From Myxococcota bacterium (GTDB taxonomy: Bacteria; Myxococcota; UBA4151), in assembly GCA_040260805.1 (NCBI GenBank), contig JBDQPD010000027.1:1-36561 (forward strand): a stretch of DNA of 36,561 nt, written 5' to 3'. The translations under genes and the position numbers were made by a program. Of this stretch, positions 9,227 to 16,840 are shown in pieces. The notes beneath the pieces were generated by a model. That model was given only the letters and a program-made list of their open reading frames with translations, was not told where the DNA came from and searched no databases. Each line of letters opens with the position of its first letter. Within the stretch, counting starts at the first letter, position 1.

Positions 9227-11349
9227 GGCATCTGCGCCAACGATGCGAGCGTCTCCTCGTCTAGTTTGGAGAGGAGCTTCGCTGACGCAGCTCTGGAACC
9301 TGAGTAGTAGTTTTTATCCGCCTTTTTGGCTGACTCGACGTCGCTACGATTGATCTGTGGTAGCCCTTTAGCCTTCAAGAAGGCGTCCCAAATTTGGCTG
9401 TCTCGACCGCCCGCATCCGTGTGTAGGCTGTGGCTCGCGAAGACCAATGCGTTGAGGCGGTTTCGAAGTGGATCGCCTTGATCGCCCTGAACAAAGCGAG
9501 CGAACTCGTAAGATGCAGCGGCGCGCAAGGCCTCTTCTGATGCGTGCGCATGGTGCGCATTCATCTTCATCGTGATGCCGGGCCGGCCTTCGATATCACC
9601 GCGCTCGAAGCGGAACATTTGCGTCTCACCTGGCTTGGGATCAAAGAGACCGGCTGGTGTGACTCTGCCGTCCTTGGTGACCTTAGCAAGCTCTTCCGAA
9701 TAACAACCTAAGCGCGTCACGGTCATTGCGGCAAAGTGCGCTTTGGTGCCGTCCATAATCGCTGCAGGGCGACCCTTGATCGCCTCAAAGTCACGCGCTG
9801 CGTCGGTCTCGGGTGCGAAGCTGTTAAAGTCGACCACTCGGTCTAAGATGTCGGCTTGACCGTCGTGATCACGATCGAGCACTCGACGGCGCACGATCTC
9901 GTCACCAGGGAAGATAAAGTTGTTGTCCACACCGTTTCTTGAGTGGGTGCTGCCCCACGGGTTGTTTCGGCGTACGCCTTCAGCAATTTCACTGTAGGGC
10001 GCACGATTCGCAATCCCCTCAAATGTGGTCAGAATGGTATTGATCCCCTCGGATTCGGCTTCACGCGTTGCGCTGCCTGGGATGAAGTAACTTGAGTTGT
10101 GCGTGGTGACTAAGTCAGCCCCGGGGAACTTGTCTTTGACCTGCTGCATTTCGCCTTTGCCCACGCAAAGATCAGCGAGGATCAGCTTACCCTTTCCGCC
10201 TTGGTCATGGGTGACCTCTTTGAGGCTGTCGCGCATGTTGCGACCCCAGTTTGAATGCCCGGTGTAGATCACCATATCGGTGTCAGGATCATCGACTCGT
10301 TTGAACATATCGGAGCGAAACGAGCGCAAGCGCACTTGAAAAGTCGTCTCCTCGCCGTTGCGTTCGTAGGTCTTTTCAAACAGCGCTCCGCCACCGTCTT
10401 GACCCTTGGCGACGAAGCCTTCTTTGAGCAGACGCTTTTTATCATCGGTGAGGCTCTCCGGACCGGCGCTCCAGTCGACGGTGACCGTCTTGTCCTCGCC
10501 TTTGAACCAAGCATCATAAGGGGGATACTCGGAGCGTACCGGCGCTAAGCCCTCGCCGATGGTCTGATGCAGCTCGCGCGGGAAGGTGTGCGCGGTTCGC
10601 AACAGGTTCCAACCCATGCTGTCGCGCAAGACCGGGTTGGTCTCGGCCTGCATCGATTGGATGTAGGTGGCGAGTCCTGCCTTTTGAGTCTCAGGCTTGG
10701 TGCCGTCGGCGGTGATCAGTTCGAGCAATACCGTGCTCGCTGAGCTGCGCATTTGAAGCGTTTGACGAGCATCTAAACCGTCAACTGTAGCGCCCACCTT
10801 GGCGGTCGATAGATCCGATTTCAGATGGGTCAGGAGCGTATCTCGTTGGCTCGGGTTGAGCGCCATGGCTTCGATCGCATTTCCCGGGGCATCGTCGATG
10901 AGGCTCGCCGCGGCATAGAGACCTTGGCCTACTTGCCCGGGTGTACTCGGCTTGACGCCCAGCTCAGCCGTGAATCGCCCCCCGGTAAACGAGACCGCTC
11001 GACGCGCACCCGATGCGTCGAGATTGACGCCGGGTAGGGCGGGCGCCACGTGGTCGCCAACCTCTGCGCCGAGATCACTGCTGCGCACCATCACTGCGGC
11101 GGTAGCACCTGCGAGGGTGTCTTCAACTTTGAGACCAGCGAGCTCCGGGTTAGCCAGCGCGCGCTTGAGCGCCGCCGTATCGTTTGCGCTAAGATCTGAG
11201 GCGGGGATGCGCACAGCGCCATCAAAGCCGTCGAGTCCAAGGTCGACAAAACCATCGGTTTTGTCGGGTGTTTGAGTGGAACGCTGCGCATCTAGACTCA
11301 CCGTGCGACGGGTGGCTGGATCGGTGAAGGTCAATCGAAGATCAGACAC
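9223..11349 (-). CDS. Hypothetical 708-aa protein with a possible clan CD (gingipain/caspase-like) peptidase domain
   Basis: Long ORF with AGGAG RBS before GTG and no signal peptide. VIYTGHSNWG and LILADLCVG lie 30 aa apart, followed by a DRDHDGQAD Ca-binding-like loop. The ORF is secure, the function is inferred. Confidence 0.8.
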   Translation of the reverse strand: MSDLRLTFTDPATRRTVSLDAQRSTQTPDKTDGFVDLGLDGFDGAVRIPASDLSANDTAALKRALANPELAGLKVEDTLAGATAAVMVRSSDLGAEVGDHVAPALPGVNLDASGARRAVSFTGGRFTAELGVKPSTPGQVGQGLYAAASLIDDAPGNAIEAMALNPSQRDTLLTHLKSDLSTAKVGATVDGLDARQTLQMRSSASTVLLELITADGTKPETQKAGLATYIQSMQAETNPVLRDSMGWNLLRTAHTFPRELHQTIGEGLAPVRSEYPPYDAWFKGEDKTVTVDWSAGPESLTDDKKRLLKEGFVAKGQDGGGALFEKTYERNGEETTFQVRLRSFRSDMFKRVDDPDTDMVIYTGHSNWGRNMRDSLKEVTHDQGGKGKLILADLCVGKGEMQQVKDKFPGADLVTTHNSSYFIPGSATREAESEGINTILTTFEGIANRAPYSEIAEGVRRNNPWGSTHSRNGVDNNFIFPGDEIVRRRVLDRDHDGQADILDRVVDFNSFAPETDAARDFEAIKGRPAAIMDGTKAHFAAMTVTRLGCYSEELAKVTKDGRVTPAGLFDPKPGETQMFRFERGDIEGRPGITMKMNAHHAHASEEALRAAASYEFARFVQGDQGDPLRNRLNALVFASHSLHTDAGGRDSQIWDAFLKAKGLPQINRSDVESAKKADKNYYSGSRAASAKLLSKLDEETLASLAQMP

Positions 11350-11431
11350 AGTAAACTCCTGACGTTAACACGTCTTCGGCAGCAAGACTGCTTGGTTGTG
11401 CCCGTTAGGGCAACCGGCGGAGCGAGCCCGC

Positions 11432-12988
11432 TCAGTACTTACCGTCGTGTCGGGTGCCCAAGTAACCACCCCAGGCTATCCGCTGAGGCGTACGACCGGA
11501 GAGGTTGTAGCGAACCAATCGGCTCACGGTGATGCTGTTGGTCGTGACGTACCACTCGAGGTAGCCATCTTCATCGGCATCACCAACCCAGCCTGCGGAG
11601 CCGACCAAACCCTCTTGCTCACCGATGACTTCGATACGCTGTTCGTCCGTGTGCAGAATCGAGAGCTCGCTCCAGTTGGGGTCTTGCATGGTCTCAGGTA
11701 GCGAAGAGCGCGCAAAGAGGACCTCGTCAACTTGGTCTCCGTCGACGTCGGCGGCCACCGCTGTTCCGATCAGGATGTCCCCATCGACAGAATCTTCGAA
11801 CAAAACCTCACCCGTTCGTCCGTCAAAGACACGGATTTCAGAGCCAGTCCACACTGGAAATTGCCCCTGAGTCAGGCTGGTGAAGATGTCGAGGTCGCCG
11901 TCTCCGTCGAAATCCCCAACGATCGGACTCGCCGCCGTCTCTCGACGCGCTTGAGTCTCTCGCTCCCATAAGATCTCAGCGGTCGCTCCCGAGAAAACAA
12001 TCAGTCGGCCATCAAACGGGGTGACGATCATCTCCAAAGCGCCATCGCCATCTAAGTCGGCGTAGGCTGGTGGGGCGATGCAGCCAAAGTCTGCAATCGG
12101 TTCGATCAGCTCGACCTGTCCGTCTAAAGTGCCCGCCAAGATGCTCTCCATGGGGACCATAAACAGGCTGCCTGGAAGCGTCTCTCCGCCGGTGCCGTAG
12201 ATGACGTATGCGACCCCTGCACGAACCCAAAGGGTTGGCGAAGAGTAAGTCTCTGCCGCCAGAGGCACCGCCAGACGATGAATCACATCCAGCGTGGTGC
12301 CATCAAGAACTTCGAGCCAGCCAGGAGGTCTAGGATCACCGACATCAGCATAATCATCACCACCGTTCGTGATGACGATCTCGCCGACGCCATCGGCGTT
12401 GATGTCGCGCGCTTGAAGGCCGGTATAATAGTTCCAGATACCCGCTGTCCTTGAGGCGTCACCATAGGGCTCGGTTTGATAATGCATCACCCCGGTTTCG
12501 ACATCGACGGCCATCAGCACGCCGCGTTTGCCACCGAATAGGTAGAGGTTATCAAAGCCGCTGTGACTTTGGACGGGCAGCGCCAGACTGAAGAGCTCGG
12601 CGTTACGATCGATCTGCCATGCCACTTCGCCGCTGGTTGCGCTGACGCTCATGGCGCCGCCGATGACCGCGCCAGGGGTGCGATTTCCGAAGACCGCACC
12701 AAAACTGAGCAGTAACTCGGGTCCGTCTTCCGACTCAAACCGTCGCGGCGAGCCGTACGACGTGTTGGGAAGATCCCGTGACCACGCCAAACCGGTCGGC
12801 GGCGGCCCGACGTCAGGAGCGCTTGCATCGACCGGTCCGCTCGCGTCGGCGGCTCCCGCGTCAGCCGGGCCAGCGTCCGCCGTTAGGGCGGGACCGGTGT
12901 CGGCAACGACAGGGGATTCAGGGCAGCCTAAAAGGGCCCAGCAGCACGCCAAACCCCAGAGCAAATTGTTGTTCTTGCAACCGTGCAC
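11432..12988 (-). CDS. FG-GAP/PQQ-like beta-propeller lipoprotein
   Basis: Five DxDxDG-type loops (DINADG, DLDGDG, DFDGDG, DVDGDQ, DADEDG), WALLGC lipobox, DAG-rich linker. GTG 12988 follows CAGGAG (ORF track starts at 13024). Confidence 0.82.
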   Translation of the reverse strand: MHGCKNNNLLWGLACCWALLGCPESPVVADTGPALTADAGPADAGAADASGPVDASAPDVGPPPTGLAWSRDLPNTSYGSPRRFESEDGPELLLSFGAVFGNRTPGAVIGGAMSVSATSGEVAWQIDRNAELFSLALPVQSHSGFDNLYLFGGKRGVLMAVDVETGVMHYQTEPYGDASRTAGIWNYYTGLQARDINADGVGEIVITNGGDDYADVGDPRPPGWLEVLDGTTLDVIHRLAVPLAAETYSSPTLWVRAGVAYVIYGTGGETLPGSLFMVPMESILAGTLDGQVELIEPIADFGCIAPPAYADLDGDGALEMIVTPFDGRLIVFSGATAEILWERETQARRETAASPIVGDFDGDGDLDIFTSLTQGQFPVWTGSEIRVFDGRTGEVLFEDSVDGDILIGTAVAADVDGDQVDEVLFARSSLPETMQDPNWSELSILHTDEQRIEVIGEQEGLVGSAGWVGDADEDGYLEWYVTTNSITVSRLVRYNLSGRTPQRIAWGGYLGTRHDGKY

Positions 12989-13090
12989 GGGATGCTCCTG
13001 TGTTCTTGGTTGCTTAAATAGCATGAACGAGCACGGCGTCTAGGACGCCGAGCTCGTTTGCTTATGTTTTGGGATCAAGCCTGGTTAGGC

Positions 13091-13384
13091 TTAGTCCCGG
13101 CGGAAACCGCCGCCGCCGCCGCCGCCGCCACGATTGGGGCGTTCGGTTGCGGTATCGACACGGATCGAGCGACCGTCCAGATCGGAGTTGTTCAACTCTT
13201 CACGGGCTTTCGCTGCAGTTTCCGAATCGGCAAAGGTCACGAAGCCAAAGCCGCGCGAGCGACCGGTTTCACGCTCCATGATCACCTTTGCGTCGGTGAC
13301 TTCGCCGCATTGGGCGAAGTGTTCAAGGAGGGTTTCGTCACGGGTAGCCCACGCAAGGCCGCCAACAAATAATTTCGAGCTCAT
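13091..13384 (-). CDS. RRM (RNP-1) RNA-binding protein with Gly-rich tail
   Basis: KLFVGGL (RNP2), RSRGFGFVTF (RNP1), LDGRSIRV, poly-Gly tail. Confidence 0.96.
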   Translation of the reverse strand: MSSKLFVGGLAWATRDETLLEHFAQCGEVTDAKVIMERETGRSRGFGFVTFADSETAAKAREELNNSDLDGRSIRVDTATERPNRGGGGGGGGFRRD

Positions 13385-13587
13385 ATCAAATCCTGATGTG
13401 CTGTTCGCACGATAGACAAAATACGTTAGCCGGATGCCAACGCCGAGTTGCCCCTATGCGCAATGCACGAGCTTGTCTTGTGTTTTTTTATGTTCATCAT
13501 TGTTTTGTTGCATTCGTGCGGTTGCCGGGGGCTTAATCGGTTGTCTTCAAAGTGCGTCAGGCGCCAAAGCGTTTGAGCCGTTAAGGG

Positions 13588-14481
13588 ATGGGTGATTTAG
13601 GGATGCATGATCCGGTCAGCTCTAGACCTCTGAGCATCTTCCATGGCGACAACCTTCCCTTGCTCGCAGCGATGGAGGGTTCCTCGTTTAGGCTGATTTA
13701 TATCGACCCTCCGTTCAACACTGGCCGGACCCAGCGGCATACCCGAATCCGAACCGTTGCAGACGACACAGCCGGTGATCGCAAGGGTTTTGGCGGTAAG
13801 CGTTATCGGACCGAGGCGCTCGGTAGCGCGAGTTACGCAGATGATTTTGATGACTTTCCAAAGTTCATCGAGCCTCGACTCAAGGAGGCTCACCGGCTGC
13901 TCACCGACGACGGTGTTTTGGTTTTTCACATCGACTTTCGGGAGGCGCATTACTGCAAGGTCATGCTGGATTCGATTTTTGGTCGGGCCAATTTTTTGAA
14001 CGAGATCATTTGGGCTTATGACTATGGCGCCCGGTCAAAAAAGAAGTGGCCAGCCAAGCACGATACTATTCTGATTTACGTCAAAGACCCCCAAAATTAC
14101 GTCTTTAACTTCGAGGCGATGGACCGAATCCCCTACATGGCTCCAGGGTTGGTCAGCGCGGAAAAGGCAGCTCGAGGTAAGACGCCGACCGATGTGTGGT
14201 GGCATACCATCGTTCCCACTAATGGTGCGGAACGAACAGGTTATCCTACGCAAAAGCCTTTGGGCATCCTCAAGCGTATCATCAGTGTGCACAGCGACCC
14301 AGGTGATCGTGTCCTCGATTTTTTCGCCGGGAGTGGGACGACCGGAGAGGCAGCCATGGAGCTCGGCCGGCAGTGTACGTTAGTCGACTCCAACCCCGAG
14401 TCTTTGGCGGTTATGGCTTCCAGGTTGGCGCGGTTTTCACCGGTCATTCATGATTGGAAACCTGAGTCAGCAGAAGACTAG
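13588..14481 (+). CDS. Site-specific DNA methyltransferase, N6-adenine/N4-cytosine, beta class (orphan)
   Basis: LIYIDPPFN (motif IV) precedes YPTQKP and VLDFFAGSGTTG (motif I). Start could be ATG 13603. No restriction gene adjacent. Confidence 0.93.
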   Translation: MGDLGMHDPVSSRPLSIFHGDNLPLLAAMEGSSFRLIYIDPPFNTGRTQRHTRIRTVADDTAGDRKGFGGKRYRTEALGSASYADDFDDFPKFIEPRLKEAHRLLTDDGVLVFHIDFREAHYCKVMLDSIFGRANFLNEIIWAYDYGARSKKKWPAKHDTILIYVKDPQNYVFNFEAMDRIPYMAPGLVSAEKAARGKTPTDVWWHTIVPTNGAERTGYPTQKPLGILKRIISVHSDPGDRVLDFFAGSGTTGEAAMELGRQCTLVDSNPESLAVMASRLARFSPVIHDWKPESAED

Positions 14482-14485
14482 GCCC

Positions 14486-15691
14486 TTAGTTATCAGCCGA
14501 ATATCCGTCGTATTCGTACCAGTCGTGTCGAACCTTTTCGATCTTCGCCCGCACGGCGTCTGGATCCGCACCGTATTGAGCGAGGAATTCAGGTAACTGC
14601 TTGGCGACAACTTCTTGGCCCAAAGCCAGTCCGGCGCGATTGTCGGTGTCGTAATGAACACCTGCGGCGCTGCGGAAGGTCGCAACGGCATAGTCCATAC
14701 GTTTGGCTTCTGCGATCTGCTCGGGTGAGAGATCCATCACGACCGCCATGTAGAGCGCAGAGCTTGAGGCGGCAGAATGCATGGCAGGCCAGCTTGGATG
14801 GCGGGGGCAGCCCTCTGCGTACGCCGTGAAGTCTTCGGCTTTCGTCAGGTTCATCTGAGCGATTTTATCTTTGATATGCTGCGGCGCCTCGAGCTCGCCG
14901 CTGTGCACCGCCCAAGCCACAGACTCTGGGCGAGCCCTGCCTTCACTCCATTTGCACGCGAAGGCAGAAGGGGAGACCTCAGAGACAGCCCAGCCGATCG
15001 TGCGCGCCAAAAGAACCGGACCGTTGACGAAGTCGGCTTGGCTGCGCTGCGGAATGATCGACGAGTCGACTTTAGCGCCTTCTTTGAGGAATTGCTCAGC
15101 GAGCGCCGTCGGCCATTTGTTGGGAAAGTCCGCACGCACAGCCTCGGAGCCTTGCTCCATGCTGTAGCCCTCGAACACTTTTGGCACATCGAGCATATCC
15201 TTAGCTTGACCACCATTTCGACGCGCGAACTGTAGGTCGATGATCTGTTCAAACTCACCCCAAAAACCCGGGTCGCCAGGATGGGTTGGTTTGGGCAGGA
15301 AGTCCGGTTTGACGACGACCTGAGGGTCGCTCGACACCACCGGGCTGACGGCGTTGCAGTTGCGTAGTTTAGCGGCCTGATCGGCGGTCAAGGGAAAGGT
15401 GATATCTGGTCCCGAATATTTGGCGAAGCGGAAGTCGCCCGCAGGGTTCGTGCTCTTCGCCGAGTCGAGTCGAAGATTGATCGCGTTGATTCCCCCTCGG
15501 TTGACACCCTGGTTCCCTAAGCCTGCGTCCAGCTCGAACCCTGGCGGTCGTTCAAGACCTTGCAACCCTTCGAGTCCAGGCATCGCCGGAGCCTTGGGCG
15601 GTGTCGGGATGCCTGCTGGCTCGGCGGCCGTTTGTGGTGTCACGGGTTGAACATTCGGTCCTGTGTTCGGAATTCCTTTGATCGTCGGCAT
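14486..15691 (-). CDS. PAP2-superfamily, vanadium-dependent haloperoxidase-like protein with Pro-rich N-terminal extension
   Basis: Motif 1 KWSEGRARP, motif 2 EGCPRHPSWPAMHS, motif 3 RSAAGVHYDTD. Start placed at ATG 15691 (MPTIKG) after GAAAGG; the ORF track extends to 15847. Confidence 0.75.
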   Translation of the reverse strand: MPTIKGIPNTGPNVQPVTPQTAAEPAGIPTPPKAPAMPGLEGLQGLERPPGFELDAGLGNQGVNRGGINAINLRLDSAKSTNPAGDFRFAKYSGPDITFPLTADQAAKLRNCNAVSPVVSSDPQVVVKPDFLPKPTHPGDPGFWGEFEQIIDLQFARRNGGQAKDMLDVPKVFEGYSMEQGSEAVRADFPNKWPTALAEQFLKEGAKVDSSIIPQRSQADFVNGPVLLARTIGWAVSEVSPSAFACKWSEGRARPESVAWAVHSGELEAPQHIKDKIAQMNLTKAEDFTAYAEGCPRHPSWPAMHSAASSSALYMAVVMDLSPEQIAEAKRMDYAVATFRSAAGVHYDTDNRAGLALGQEVVAKQLPEFLAQYGADPDAVRAKIEKVRHDWYEYDGYSADN

Positions 15692-15885
15692 GGTGAGAAG
15701 CCTTTCTGGGGGGTCTGGACACGTGTCTATCCAATGCATCACCCGGTGTGTGTCAAGCTCAGGTCTTGTCTGTTTGTTTTTTGCGCAGTGGTTCATCGAT
15801 GAGGTCTCACCGCGTCGGAGCGGTTGTCGATAGCCTCTGGTCCACAAGTCGATGCTTTGGGTAGATGGGTCCGGCAGGGGGACGC

Positions 15886-16791
15886 ATGATGATCGGTAAT
15901 CGGCTTGCCTTTGGGGCTATATTGAGCCTGGTCTGCGTACCGGTTTCCGCCAGTGCCGAGCCGGCTAGACCCCCGGCTTATGCCCACGGTAGCTCGCAAT
16001 TTGGGTTGCGTTTAAACCCCACGGGTTTGCGCTTGAACACTACAGCCGGCTGGCGGATTCCTCTGTCTTCGGATCCGGGCCTTTTGTGGAAAACGACCTA
16101 TCTGGAGGTCGGCGGCGGCTTAATCGTGACGCCGGTCTCCCTCTTTCCTTCTGTCCATGTCGAATGGGTGCCGATCGCACCCTTGGTCTTTCGTGCGCAG
16201 AGCAGCCAAGCGACCTACCTCGGGGTCTTAGGGCATGCCCTCACCTTTGATCAGGCTGAAGTCGACGCAAGCTCCGGCTCTGGTGCCTATTGGAACCCAG
16301 AGGTGGTCGCTGACCGAACGGCTGACGAAGCAGGCAGTCTGACGACCGGCTTTGACCATATGGTCTCGGCCACCTTGCAGCTCAAGCTTGGGCGGGTCTT
16401 GGCGAAGGCGAGCTTTGAGCATCATTGGATGACCATGAACCTGCCGGACAACGCGGTGCGTTGGTATGACAGCTCAACCAACTTGATGATGGCGGCTGAC
16501 GATCGACTCAGCGTCAGCAAGGCGCTGCTCGCTTACGTCGCCATGGGCTCGCTCGCTGGACCACGTTTCTTATTGGTTGGGCCGAGCTATGAGTTCCAGC
16601 GAACACAAGGTGATGACTTGAGGCGACACTTGCTCGGATTCGTCGCCGCCTGGCGTCCGGGCTGGATGCCCAAACAAGGCTTGACGTTAGGCACGGTAGC
16701 GCAGCGTTATTTGGTCGACGCGGCGGCGCATCGTCAGGGGCAAATGCTGGTCTTAGCCTTCGCCCAGGTTCGCTTTGGAGCCAAGCCGTGA
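15886..16791 (+). CDS. Exported hypothetical protein, probably an outer-membrane beta-barrel
   Basis: Signal peptide ending ASA, alternating hydrophobic strands, aromatic residue near the C-terminus, AGGGGG upstream of ATG 15886. Confidence 0.7.
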   Translation: MMIGNRLAFGAILSLVCVPVSASAEPARPPAYAHGSSQFGLRLNPTGLRLNTTAGWRIPLSSDPGLLWKTTYLEVGGGLIVTPVSLFPSVHVEWVPIAPLVFRAQSSQATYLGVLGHALTFDQAEVDASSGSGAYWNPEVVADRTADEAGSLTTGFDHMVSATLQLKLGRVLAKASFEHHWMTMNLPDNAVRWYDSSTNLMMAADDRLSVSKALLAYVAMGSLAGPRFLLVGPSYEFQRTQGDDLRRHLLGFVAAWRPGWMPKQGLTLGTVAQRYLVDAAAHRQGQMLVLAFAQVRFGAKP

Positions 16792-16815
16792 AGCGACGCT
16801 GGCTTCGCCTTCGAC

Positions 16816-16840
16816 CACGCTCAACGACGGGTTGAGCGTG
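16816..16840 (+). promoter_or_regulatory. Perfect 10-bp hairpin covering the likely GTG start of the next gene
   Basis: CACGCTCAAC-GACGG-GTTGAGCGTG; the last three bases are GTG 16838-16840. Confidence 0.45.

Noticed and set aside
11373..11400. Sigma-28-like GCCGAAGA upstream of the 708-aa gene
   Set aside because: No TAAA-like -35 at the proper spacing, and no matching motif upstream of other signal-less genes.
13107..13129. (GCC)n microsatellite
   Set aside because: It encodes the poly-Gly tail of the RRM protein, and a triplet unit cannot cause phase variation.
13385..13587. T-rich intergenic tract as a possible ncRNA or riboswitch
   Set aside because: No recognisable conserved structure. 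It is most simply the divergent promoter/UTR region of the RRM and methyltransferase genes.
13091..15691. Methyltransferase region as a defence island or mobile element
   Set aside because: No nuclease, integrase, transposase, terminal repeats or obvious compositional shift.
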